NCBI GenBank assembly: GCA_038087875.1
Contig: CM075992.1
Span: 2,730,001 to 2,794,000 of the forward strand
DNA length: 64,000 nucleotides
Source: Malacoraja senta
Lineage: Eukaryota
Direction of reading: 5' to 3'
This document shows positions 12,346 through 24,219 of the stretch, piece by piece (the first letter of the stretch is position 1; every line of letters begins with the position of its first letter). Below the pieces are notes generated by a model. That model saw nothing but the letters and a program-made list of their open reading frames with translations, ran no database searches and was not told where the DNA came from. The translations under genes were made by a program, and so were the position numbers.

Positions 12346-13110
12346 CGACAGACAATGCGTCGATGTTTTCACCCAGGAAAAACAGCACCTATTAAAATTG
12401 GGACATGTGAATCCCTTGCCTAACCAGTAACTTAAATGAAACATTGCTGCACTACAACCCGAACACTCAAAATCCAAAGTCCTATGACATTTTGTCAATT
12501 CTTCTGCTTTCCCTAGCAATACCTGAAAGTGTGATCGTGGGATACAAACGTTTGGCTGGAGTGATAGCTCAAAGACACCACATTATATTAACTAATTTGC
12601 CGGTCAGAACTACATTTAACTTTGTGAGCATAGATTCCGCTTTTTTTTTTTTTATAAGAACAAAAGATTTTGTCGGATCTTTCCTACTCCAATTTTAGCC
12701 TTCAGCCTTTTCTGTTTCCTTCCAAATTATTACCTCCATTAGGTGACATTTGTCATAAAGTCCACTTTTAGCATTTAAGCAAGCCATGACTTTGTGTGCT
12801 ATCTTTCCCTCTACATTAAATTTATGTGGGGCATAGTTTCACAGCAATTACTATTCACTCTCCAGTGAGCCAATCCTTCAGTAGATGCCTTGAAGACATC
12901 AGTGCAGGGTCTAATGGGGTAACTCGGCAGTGTAGGAGTCAAAATCGGCACTCCACTTGTCTGCATGGCTCAACACCATCTGAAATGGCTAATGAAGCAA
13001 TTGAAAAACAGTGACTCACTCTGACATTAGTTTTTGTTTTGCAGTGACCAGTGGATCCAGTGAGTTACTGCAAACAGTGAAGCAGTCTAGAGGCTGTCAA
13101 AACTTGTATA

Positions 13111-13116
13111 TTTATT
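13111..13116 (-). terminator. Candidate polyadenylation signal of CDC37
   Basis: AATAAA on the minus strand about 155 nt after the stop codon. Confidence 0.4.
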
Positions 13117-13269
13117 AAAATACAAAAAAGCATTTTATGTGTCAGACTTTCAGCTTTCATTCAATAGACTGATGTTCAATTTATGTCAACCCCAGTGGGC
13201 TAGTCAAAAGGATGCAGTTTGTATCTAAGCACAGCACTTAAAGCTAGCAGTTACACAACAAGAACAGGT

Positions 13270-13416
13270 CTATTTTTCTTCCGTGGCTTCCTTTTTAACT
13301 TCTTCATATACAGGATCCTCTTCCCCGGTATTCTTCTCTCCTTCCTCCTCAGCTGCCTTTGCATTAGGGATCCATAGTCCAGAGTCAATGCAGCGCTGCA
13401 TGTTGTACTTGGCTTC
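13270..13416 (-). CDS. CDC37: Hsp90 co-chaperone Cdc37, coding exon 8 (terminal)
   Basis: ttctag|GAA GCC...; EAKYNMQRCIDSGLWIPNAKAAEEE...EEK* (147 nt, TAG stop). Confidence 0.95.
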   Translation of the reverse strand, partial: EAKYNMQRCIDSGLWIPNAKAAEEEGEKNTGEEDPVYEEVKKEATEEK

Positions 13417-13664
13417 CTAGAAGATTCAGAGTGGATTCATTTTTATTTATATGAAACAAGCACGGAAGGCAAAAGGAAACACTGCTACATGGTTTCAGGA
13501 AACCATTCACTATCTCATGCAGTCGACCAACTTTTGTTTGAGAACGCACAGTGAACCATTAAGTTACAACAATTAAACATGACCAAAATGTAACATGGAG
13601 ATAGAAACTGGGGGAACACATCAATAACAGTGCCAATCTTAAGTGTCCCTTTATTTCAGTTGGA

Positions 13665-13925
13665 GTCATACAGCATGGAAACAGGCCCTTCGGCTCAACA
13701 TCAACCAACATGTCCCATCTACACTAGTCCCATCTGCCTGCGTTTGGCCCATATCCTTCCAAACCTGATCAATCCATGTACCTGCCTATATGTTTCTTAA
13801 ACGTGGAGATAGTACCTGCTCAACTACCTCCTCCTGCAGCTCGTTCCATTCAACCAATGCCTTAGTGTGAAAAAGTTACCCCTCAGATTCCTATTAAATC
13901 ATTCCCCCCTCGCCTTAAACCTATG
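13665..13925 (-). mobile_element. CR1 LINE 3' end (HER1-like tail) in CDC37 intron 7
   Basis: Same tail sequence as 62690-62960; shares the GAAGGGCCTGTTTCC 3' motif with HE1 SINEs. Confidence 0.75.
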
Positions 13926-14464
13926 TTTAAGTTGATGGTACTTTTGCCACAAGTCACAACACTGTGGTCCAAGCCCTGATCCAGGGTTTGCACATCCCTA
14001 GACTGATGTTCAAAGAGAGCACAGCATTGTCATTTTTAATCACCAAATCCAATTCAGAATCCTTAAACCAACATTACATTTTCATTATATTTTAAAATTG
14101 CTTTATTGAGTTCACTCAGCTCCAAGATTGTTTTATCATTTGTCCCCATTCAATAAGGAATCTTCAAATACTTTTCCTCTCTAAACTAGCAGGCCAGCAA
14201 ATTGCTCTGCACTCCAAGTGCTGACCTGAAATTTGGTTTCAAGATAACCCAGACAAGAGTTGGCACTGTGACGGAACTTGCACAAGCCATTAAATCCTTT
14301 CATTCAAGAAATCACACCATGCCTTCAGCAGTGAAGATCACAAAATGTAGAACTTAGGAATAGGAGCAGCACCCCACGGGGAGAAAAATAAATACCATCA
14401 GGACAGAATTAAACACGTTGAAACAATTATGTTAGATATTGTGTGAGCCATTCGAATCACTTAC

Positions 14465-14536
14465 TGTTGGTTCCATTTTGCTGATGACATCCTGTAACAA
14501 CTGAATATCTTTTGCATCAAAACAATTCTTCATCTC
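14465..14536 (-). CDS. CDC37: Cdc37 exon 7
   Basis: tttgcag|GAG...ACA|GTAAGT; EMKNCFDAKDIQLLQDVISKMEPT (72 nt). Confidence 0.95.
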
Positions 14537-14856
14537 CTGCAAAGACAACCAACGAAGTTATGAGCAATGTTGCAAAGTTTTAGAACCTGCACAACAAAAT
14601 GCAACTTAAATAACTCAAAATTAATCGGGGATTAACATGAGGAAACTGCTTGAACTGGTAAAGGGAGCTTCTAGCAGAACTGTTACCATTTAGAAATTTA
14701 AAACTATAAATCCCAGTTAATGGAAAGTTACCACACATCAGCGAAGGACACAGATGGGAGAACGACTCAGTACAGCTTTGCCTCTGATGCGACAATGATG
14801 GAATATTTAATAATCTTCCCCAGAGCAAAAGTATCAATTTACAATGATCTACTCAC

Positions 14857-15039
14857 TATTGGAAGATTTTCATACACCTCCACAGGGTCGAGCCCACCAG
14901 GTCCCATGCGCTTCTGGCGTTCCTCCTCTTCATATTCTTTCATTGCCTTTTCTATCCTTGCTTGCGCCCGACCTCGGACCCGCTCCTTAAAGGCTTCAAG
15001 TTCATCATTAAACGCCTCAACGTACTGTTTATCAGCTGT
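14857..15039 (-). CDS. CDC37: Cdc37 exon 6
   Basis: ttccag|ACA...ATA|GTGAGT; TADKQYVEAFNDELEAFKERVRGRAQARIEKAMKEYEEEERQKRMGPGGLDPVEVYENLPI (183 nt). Confidence 0.97.
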
Positions 15040-15477
15040 CTGGAAAGCCATTGTAAACACCTCAATGTTTCCGATTCAATATAACAGCATTAATAACAGG
15101 CATTTCATTATAAGTTTGTTGAAATAGGCAAAACTTGTCAACAGTCAGGACACAAAGGGCTGGAGTAAATCAATGGGTCAGGCAGTCTCGCTGGAAACCA
15201 CAGAGAGGTGACGTTTGTGGTCAGGACCCTTCTTCAGACTGCCTGAACTGCACTGTGTCCTTTGTGTCCTTACACCAGCACTGTGTCCTTTGGTGTAAGC
15301 CAGCATCTGCAGTTCCTTGTCACCACACTTGTCAACAGTCAAGATAAAAAGGTATCTAAGGCAGTTATATCACAATAGAAAATATGATTTTTTTTTAAAT
15401 CCACAGGGAGATAGTCTGAAACAAGATAGTAGACTCAAATTGCTTGAAAATATAACCACTGCAATCCTTTTCCATAC

Positions 15478-15599
15478 CTTGATTTTTGTGAAGAACTGTC
15501 GGAAACAAGCTCTTGGGTCCACTTTAAGGCTCTTGGCAAGTTCCAGGATAAACTGCATACTATTGTTTGGTGGGCTACCTGCCCCATTAGAGCATGTTT
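15478..15599 (-). CDS. CDC37: Cdc37 exon 5 (apparent 1-nt deletion)
   Basis: ctccag|AAA...AAG|GTATGG; KHALMGQVAHQTI(GT-)MQFILELAKSLKVDPRACFRQFFTKIK; 122 nt rather than the 123 needed to keep frame. Confidence 0.93.
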
Positions 15600-16539
15600 C
15601 TGGAGAGGGAATCCATCAAAAATAATTTTAATATTAATTGTCTTTAACAGGCACTCTGAAGATTAGCTGTAGTCACGCTCAATGACAGTAAATTCCTATC
15701 CCATGACTTTGCCTCAATTTAAGTAGGGCTTTCATTTCATTCCCAATGGTCCAACCGTCCCAAGATACACTCTAACCGAGTTCCAGTGGCAGATTACTTT
15801 TAGAACAGTTATCCTATCGTGTATATTATAACACATATGCATGTGTGAAATAGTAATCCCAGAGGCTGAAATAAATAATCTACACATGCAAACTAGATAA
15901 AATATCACGCTGTAAACTGCACAGATGAATTTAAAGTGGCTTTTAAACAATTATATATCTGTAAACCATACGCAGTAAGTATAATGAGCAAACATGTCCT
16001 TATGGAAGAAACATTAATAATCACGCAAAGCTAGCTCACAAGTTCATAAGTGATAGGAGAAGAATTAAGCCATTCAGCCCATCAAGTCTACTCCGCCATT
16101 CAATCATGGCTAATCTATCTGTCCCTCCTAACCCCATTCTCCTGCCCTATTATGCGACACAGTGGATTCATCTGGGTAATATGAACATGATCAAATCTCA
16201 GTACATTGCAACATTTAAGCAGTCATATTGAAGGGTTTTACCAAATTCAATAGGAAGCATCTCACTCAAGCTGAGGAGGCTCTAGCCACGTGGTCTGATT
16301 ATTTTATTCCCCCTGGACTTTCAATGAAACTCAAAAAGCAATGACTCGTTTTGGTGACTGTTAACTATTTGGAAAGTACATCACATCTAATAAACAGGCA
16401 GCCATAATGACGGGAAAGAACGCAGAGGTAAAGACTGGTCATCATCTTGATAAACCGTGGAAAGGGATTCTAGCCGACTTGGGGAGAGCCTTCTCCTACA
16501 CCAAACCCCATCTTCCCATTTTCTAATTGCTCACTGTAC

Positions 16540-16655
16540 CTCTTCAACTTCTAAATCGATGCACCAGATGACCAGGTAATTGGCAGTCTCCTCGCACACG
16601 AGCTGGGGATTATCGGACAGATATTTCTGGCTGTCATCCCAGCGACTGAGCATGC
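16540..16655 (-). CDS. CDC37: Cdc37 exon 4
   Basis: cacag|GC ATG...GAG|GTACAG; (G)MLSRWDDSQKYLSDNPQLVCEETANYLVIWCIDLEVEE (116 nt). Confidence 0.97.
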
Positions 16656-16872
16656 CTGTGTACAGATAGGCAACAACGTTATTTTTCTTCCTCTCTTGAA
16701 ACTGACAGAGCTTCAGGCTTTGCGACTATTCACCTAATAACGTGTAAAACTGTGTGTTGTTTGATTGGTGAATGACCTCTCATTCTAGACAGATACATAC
16801 ACACACACACACAGTGGAGACTCAAGTCAGAATCATCTGTTGCACTGATTGTTGCTGTTATTTTGCAACAGA

Positions 16873-16906
<34 letters not shown>

Positions 16907-17960
16907 GCAGATACAAACACACGCAAAGTAACACTGTGACAAAGTATGTACAACTGCTGAAAACCAAAAAAAAAATTTGATTGTAAAATGCAAAAATCAG
17001 AGATAAATAAGAGGAATGGGAACTGGATTATTTTATATTGGAAATAAGAAAATATTACCCATCTTGTCCAGTAAATGTGATTGCCTTGAATTCCGTCATT
17101 GGTGCAAAAGATCGAGCCCAATATAAAAATAAAGCAAGAACAAAAACTGTCTGGACGTTGTGACTAAGGTCCTCCCGAAGGTCTACTCCGATCCCCCTCA
17201 CCGGCAGACAGGCCAGAAGAAGCCGACTACGAGTGCCTGGCTGCCGGAAAACACCAGCACTCTGGGGTAAAGAGGCCACAGGCAAACAAGCCACAGTTGG
17301 GTCAGATTAATGGTTATTGGACCAATGAATCTGATCCTTGTCAACCCTGTCCTTTACAAAACACAGGAGTTCCAGCCAGGAAGGAAAGGGAAAATGAGAG
17401 GAAGCAGGGCAGGAAGAAAGGAGAGGAGGAAAGGAGAGAACGTGGAAGACCCCTTATTAATTGTGCATCCTCAGTGACGAAGGACTACGCCCCTGTGTGG
17501 ACCTGTACCTTCTTGCACTGTTGCTCGATACTGGGAATAATGCCTACTGCGTGAGGTCACCTTACTATGAGTGCCAGTGTGGTTATAGCTGATTCCACGC
17601 CATGACTAACGCCATAATGTACACAAAATAGGAATTTGAAGGGCAGGCAGAGAAAATAAAGAATAACTTGACCAAACCAACTATTTCAAACCCTCTCTGG
17701 TTCATACAGGCTCAGAGGCCATCTGTGTAAATTGTGCACTACAAAAGGAGACTCCAAGTGAACAGACAACCCAGAGCAGGCCAGAACTGATTTTGGTTCA
17801 GTTTCAGTTGCAAAACCTCAGTTGCTTTCTCAGTCAGGCACACCTGTCATCGCGCATTCTCATCCCATGCCAAGCCAGCGCAACAATCTGGAAATTAACA
17901 TTTTGAAAGCTGACAGAAAGTGGGGCAGTCACTGGACAAGTTCAAGTTATTGCTACTTAC

Positions 17961-18069
17961 CAAAGTGCTTGACCTGTTTCTCATTCTTATCCACAAAGGT
18001 CTTGTGTTTCTTTTCTTTATCTTCGTCTGTTTCAGCGTCATTTGATTCTGAACTTACATTAAAAATGCT
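17961..18069 (-). CDS. CDC37: Cdc37 exon 3
   Basis: ccatag|AGC...TTT G|GTAAGT; SIFNVSSESNDAETDEDKEKKHKTFVDKNEKQVKHF(G) (109 nt). Confidence 0.95.
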
Positions 18070-18849
18070 CTATGGGGCAGAGACAGAAAATGCCAACATT
18101 TACCAAATGTCCACATCTTCAGTGACTTTTAATTGCTAAATCAAAGGGGAAAAAATAATTCCCTTGAAATACATTTCCACCACATATTTGCAACAATTGA
18201 AAATTGTGTATAACTCTTCAATTCTATTTTAGGGAGGTTTTATTTACATTATGTTGATCACTAATAACTTACTACTGTTGGAATGTAATAATTGGATCAA
18301 ATACCAACATGTCCTGCTTGCCCAAAAATGAGTGAAAGTGGACTATAATAGTAAGATTAAACGAGAACTTACCAGTTTGAAGTTTGATCTTTATTTTTAT
18401 GAGGAGTTACGTTGAGGGATTACGTGAAGAGCCCGCCAGGGCGCATGCGCGACATATCTTCAAAGCAGTGGTGTGAAATCACAGATACGGTTGTCGAAAT
18501 AACATAGTAAGATAAGAACAATAATACCAGCTGACCTTTATAATAGAGGGTGGGCGTGGAGGGCACGTAATCCCTCAACGTAACTCCTCATAAAATAAAG
18601 ATCAAACTTCAAACTGGTAAGTTCTCGTTTAATCTTACTATTTTACTTCGGAGTCACGTGAGTGACTACGTGAAGATTTTAAAGCTCTATGATTTCATGC
18701 CACGGAACGAGTCCATGCTTCACACCCTGCTGTCGTAGACTTGAGGAGGAAGTATGTTAACAAATCCAGACATGAATCAATTGTAAAAAGAAACAATAAG
18801 TGATTTATTAACACAAATTATAATAATGACCCCTATCCTTCGGGGCGTA

Positions 18850-19832
18850 TTATAAAACAGAACTCAAAATAGTATCTGCAAAAGTCACAGGCTTAGCAAC
18901 TGGCTTATTATAAAATTCTTGGAAGGTCTTCTCCCTGGACCATCCTGCCGTACCCAAGATGTGATCCATTGGAACCTCCATGTGCCGTGCTGCCGATGTG
19001 GCTGCAGCCCTGGTGGAATGAGATTTGTAAATATCAGTATCCACCCCTGCAGCCCCCAAAACCTGTCGAAGCCACCTAGATATTGTTTGGGTCGATACCC
19101 TGTTGTGAGGTCTTTTGTGGCTCACTAAAAGTGCCAATTCTTTGCCTCTTACTTTAGCTGTTAGTTCTATGTAAAGTAACAGATGTGTCATAACGCATAA
19201 GCGAACATCTGTAGGGTATGCCCGAAACTCTAGTTTAAGGCCTGATGACCCTGGTCTGTTTTGTTTTACCAGTTCATGAATATAAAAAGTTATATCATTT
19301 GTCCCTTTGGCCATCGAGTCCAGACGTAATTTGTGTAGCGATTGCACCCGCTGGGCCGAGACCAGTGCCATCAGCATTACCAATTTAAGGGTAAGTTTCT
19401 CCAGGGACAGGGACGTTGCTGGTGACCAACCCCGAAGCAACGTCAACACAATACTCACATCCCAAATGTTAGAGTATCTTGCCCTAGGGGGATTCGAGTT
19501 AAATATACCCCTCATTAGTTTGGAAACCAAGGGGTGAGACCCCAGTGAATGGTGGTCGAATCCCCGCCACAAATAGGTGGATAGGGCACTCCTGGCGCTG
19601 TTGATGGCACTGTAGCTAAGCCTTTCATCAAAATGAAGGTTAGCCAGGAATCCAGGACATTAGTTACAGTGGCTGAGTTATACTCAACATTAGTCCTGGA
19701 ACAATATCGTTCCCATTTCCTGATGTAAGTCAGGTACTGTTTTCTGGTAGACTCTCTTTGTGCCGCCGCGATCATGTTGATGGTTCGGTCCGTCAGTCCA
19801 AGATCCAGAAGTGGCCTATTCAAATTCTGCAA
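18850..19832 (-). pseudogene. DIRS tyrosine recombinase (split over ORFs 19515..19832 and 18850..19572)
   Basis: Catalytic-type motifs ALVSAQRVQSL, HSTRAAATS and AGWSREKTFQEFYNKP. Confidence 0.9.
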
Positions 19833-20386
19833 ATTAACAGATTAGCCCTGTCATGGCATGGATGACTTTCGCCAGTTACAGGATGGACCATCAAGTCTGG
19901 TCTTTTAGTGATGGCCATACCTGGTTCTGAAACCATGTCGAGAACCACAGGGAACCATGGCTGGGTAGGCCAGTCGGGTACTACCAAAATACCTGACGCA
20001 GAATCTTGTTGTATTTTGCGTAAGACCCGACTGATGAGGCAGAAGGGGGGAAATGCATAGAAAAACAAATTTCCCCAGTGCAGCGAAAATGCGTCCATCG
20101 CTGCTGCCCCAGGGTCTGGTTCCCACGCAACATATGTCGGCAACTGGTGGTTAAGCCTAGATGCAAATAGATCGCTATCTGGTGTTCCATATCTTGCTAT
20201 GATGTCTGCAAACACTTTGGGGTCCAACATCCATTCAGTGTTGTCATTAAATTTCCGTGACCTGGTGTCTGCCACTGAATTAAGTTTACCTGGTAGGTAA
20301 ATAGCAGATATCCAAATGTTTCTCTGGATACACCATTGCCAGATTGAATTGGCCAGATCATCACATAACGATCTGATTCCACCCAT
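19820..20386 (-). pseudogene. DIRS RNase H C-terminus plus DNA adenine methyltransferase-like domain
   Basis: YLPGKLNSVAD..SR (RNase H end), then DLFASRLN...DAFSLHW...YAFPPF...LVVPDWPTQPWF, typical of DIRS1 MT domains. Confidence 0.8.
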
Positions 20387-21737
20387 GTGATTAATATGCC
20401 ACCACAGTGGTATTATCTATTTGCAGGCGAACATGCAAATGATGCATTTTTTAACAGTACGCCTTCAAACCATAGAATGCTCACAACATTTCCAAATGAT
20501 TTATACCAAGTGTATAAAGCAAAGATGATTCATACGCATCCCATCTGCCCCCACAACTGGAGATGGTGTTGGTGGCACCCCAACCTTGAGCGCTGGCATC
20601 AGTCTGTAATACAACTGACGGGTTGCTAATAATAATGGAGCTGTAGGAACGCCGAATGTTATGTGTCCACCATCGCAGTTCCAAAATAGCTTTTGTTGGT
20701 AATTGCATTGGTCTATCGAAATGACCAGCATGATGTTTAAGTGCTCGCACCTTTGCTCTCTGTAAATTTTGATAGTGCAAAGGTCCAAAGTGTGTCGCTG
20801 GAAAAGCAGCTACGATTTTGCCAATTACCCTTGCTACTAGTCTGATAGATGGTTGACTGATGACAGCAAGGTTGCTGCAAACTTCCATTAATTCAGTTGC
20901 CTTTCCCCTAGGTAAAGTCACAGTCATGTGAACTGAATTAATGGTGAATCCCAAATAATCCATAGTCGTGGATGGTGTTAACTTTGATTTATCTGGATGT
21001 ATGATAAACCCCAGTTTCTCAAATAGACCTATGGTAGCTGTAACAGCTAAATAGGCTAATTCGTAGGTTTTATCCACGATTAGTATGTCATCTAAATACG
21101 CCATGACTACATGTTTTTGTTTCCGAAGAACCGCCATAGCTGGTTTCAGTAATTTAGTGAATAATCTGGGGGCTGAGGTCAACCCATTAGGCAGTGCTTT
21201 GTACTGCCAAAGCTGCCCCATCCAGTTAAACTTCAGATATCGGCGGTGATCCTTGTGTATAGGCACCGAATAGTATGCATCTTTTAAATCGATGCATGCC
21301 ATGAAGTAGCCTTCGGAAATCAATTGTTTGGCCGTGACAAAGGTTTCCATTTTGAAGTGAGTATACTGCACAAATGTGTTCAATTGTCTTAAATCAATAA
21401 TGATGCGACATCCACCATCTTTTTTCTTTTTTGTGAAAATGTTTGACACAAATTCTTAAGACTCATGTTGAGATCTCTCAATTACACCCTTAGTATAAAA
21501 CCTCTTAATTTCAGCATGACCATCCAACTTCTCTTGTTGTGATAGAATAAATGATCTGATGGGCGCATGCTGAACCGGAGGAAGGCGTTTGTTTTCGAAT
21601 TCAATTTCATACCCTTGAACACTATGCAGTATATAAGAATCAGAGGTTATTGATCTCCATGCCTCACTAAACCAGTGTAACCTACCACCAACAAGTGTAC
21701 CCATTGCACCCGCTGTCCTGCGAGGAACCAGACCCAC
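20387..21737 (-). pseudogene. DIRS reverse transcriptase/RNase H
   Basis: DLKDAYYSVPI, LPNGLTSAPRLFTK, YLDDILI and TDASAQGWGA; in-frame TAA at 21456-21458 and a frame break near 20480. Confidence 0.92.
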
Positions 21738-21809
21738 CTACCTCCATGGTTACCAGTGGGGTGTTCATCTCTTTTTCTTCTGCTACTTGGCCGATTGAGG
21801 TGCTGGTAT

Positions 21810-22967
21810 TCAGGGTTGGCACATCTTCCACGAAGGTCGCTCTGGGCCGCGGTCTAAAAAAGACCTTTGTCCTTGAGCTGCGGCCTTCGAGCTTTCACCA
21901 GCTTCGATGTGACGTGGCCTGCTGGTGGATGCGTAGGGGTGCTGTCGCCGAGGTATTTTCCCCGATGCCTTGATGAGCCCGGCGGCTTTTGCCTCTTCAT
22001 CCAGGTCTTTAACCTGTTTGGACAGGTTGCCCCCAAATAACAAAATTGGCGGCAGTGTGGTGTTGGTATTACACAGAGCCGCAAATTTGGGGTTCAAGGC
22101 TGGGCGGATGGAGTTCTTACGGAAACAGTTAATCTCGAACTGTGTATTGCAGAGCATCGCCCTGTATCTTGCTGCGCCTCTGTCATTTCCATGTCATCCA
22201 CCGACCAGGCAAATGCTGTAATCCCAGTTGTTAAAAGTTTAAGGGTTTTCTGCATTTGTACCTCCTGTGCCCTTACACCTGCACCAATATGTCCCCAGAT
22301 GGAGGGATTCACTGCTGGGACATTCAGTGAAGTACAGTTCCATGGTGCCAGGTATTTTGCAGTAGTTTCATTAACTGCCTGTTCTTGTAATTGATGGGCT
22401 GATAGGTAGTCAATGCTGGTTGCTAGTTGTTGTTTCAGCGGCTGCCCTGACTGTGGAGGCACCGCAAACTTTTTCACCATGCCCAGCATCTTCTCTTCTG
22501 GCACCCCCCAGCACACTTGAAGTCTCTTCAGCCAACCCTTGTTCGGAGTCAGCCCAGAAATGACTCCCAATGCTCCCCTCTGTCGAGGGAGATACATTGT
22601 GCAGCCCTGAAAAAGGTACTGCCATGGGCTTCCTCGGAAGCCCGTAGTGACTTGACTCCTGCTCACGGAGTTTGTCACGGTGAAGCAATTGCTCCACTAG
22701 CCGCTCCAGACGTGTAATGAGACTACTGTCGCTGTCTGCCGGCGGCGTTTGCTCATGGCCCGACACATCAGAGTCCATGAGCGTGTCCCATCTCTTGGCG
22801 TTCGTGTCAGCCTGTGGCGACCCAGGCTGCACAGGTGCCGGGACAGAGACCGCTGATCGCAAAGATTGCGATGCTGCAGTCGGCCGCTGCTGGCTCCCGG
22901 TACTTCCGCGGTCCTCCTCAGCCAGTTTCTTAGCGGCCCGTTTGGACTTGGTACGGGTCCTGTCCAT
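21810..22967 (-). pseudogene. DIRS gag-like ORF1 (frameshifted)
   Basis: ATG at 22967 (MDRTRTK...); overlapping ORF pieces 22410-22997, 22094-22678 and 21810-22157 lie upstream of RT. Confidence 0.7.
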
Positions 22968-23712
22968 CGTTGTCCTTCCTGGAACAGAAAGACACACGAA
23001 AAACGACCTCAGAGTAAGAAACTTACCTGTAGGTCTCTGTTTTAAGCTTACCGCTGCGGGGAGCGTTCCCCCCCCTGCCTGTCACTCTCAATTGCGCTAG
23101 CGATATGTCGCGCATGCGCCCTGGCGGGCTCTTCACATAATCCCTCAACGTGACTCCGAAGTAAAATAGACCAACGATCAAATAGCCAACTGAAGTTGAC
23201 AACTTGTATTTAATATAGTGTGTTTAAAGGAATGAAACTTCCAAAAGTGCCTGGTTTTTTTTTTTTAACTGACACAATCAAAACAAGACACATTTTCTTT
23301 TCACATTTGGTGAAAATAAAATTTTAAAATGTTTTAAAAGTCACGAGGCAAAATGAGATTGAGTTTTGGATCTAAAAAGGCAAAAAGGGGCAGATGTCCA
23401 TTGTAAAGAAAATGGAGGATGGATAAAAGGCCCAGGCTGGATAAATTTTGGTAGCTAATTAAAAAAACACTTACTGTACACGCTGCTACTTGCAATGCTT
23501 GACCTGCTTCCCATTTTTTCACAAAGGTAAGTAAATAAGTAATTTTTATTTATATAGCACTTTTAAATCAAATCACGTTGAAGCCAAAGTACTTTACAGA
23601 GAAGAAATCAGATTACCATACATCGATATAAAATAAGGTCTTGTTTGCAGTTGACATTCATCCCTGCCCTAACAGTGGACAGTGTGGAATGATGGTTCAA
23701 GATGTCACTAAC

Positions 23713-23994
23713 CTTACTGAATCCCTCTTTACTTAGTGTGTCCACATTCCAAGGCGTTGACTTCTCCTTCTTCTTCAACTGTGTCCCCTTCTTATCCCAA
23801 TCCTTCTCTTCCCTTTTCAGCAGTTTTAGTTCACCATGTAATTTTTCAATCTCTTTCTTTGCATCGTCTGTTTCCGCCACTACCAATTCATTCAGCTTCT
23901 TCTGGCACTCGCCGAGTTTGCGTTTAACATCGGTAGTGCCTTTCTCAAACTCCTCACGCTCTTTCTGTGCCTCCTCCATCCGCTCGACCCGAGC
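23713..23994 (-). CDS. CDC37: Cdc37 exon 2
   Basis: ttgcag|GCT...AAG|GTTAGT; ARVERMEEAQKERE...KKKEKSTPWNVDTLSKEGFSK (282 nt). Confidence 0.96.
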
Positions 23995-24219
23995 CTGCAA
24001 CACAAAGTTGGCAAATGCAACTTCTTTGAGCTGTTAACTATGAGCTCTGAACCTGTTAAGCAAAATCCTAGAAACATAACCTTGGGTCAGCATCATTTTT
24101 TTTGCTGATATAATGACACAAACTAGTTGTCAGTCACGCTTACCAAGACAAGTAGAGAAATAAAATCACTTTGTTTCTATAATAATAATTATCTACGGGT
24201 ATCAAAAGACAGGTTCCCT

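Larger units (their letters stand above)
18347..23169 (-). mobile_element. DIRS1-type tyrosine-recombinase retrotransposon, full structure, ORFs disrupted, in CDC37 intron 2
   Basis: gag-like, RT (YLDD)/RNase H, Dam-like methyltransferase and YR coding regions; inverted terminal repeats 18409-18458/23102-23151; internal complementary region 18564-18659; AATAG at both junctions. Confidence 0.95.
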
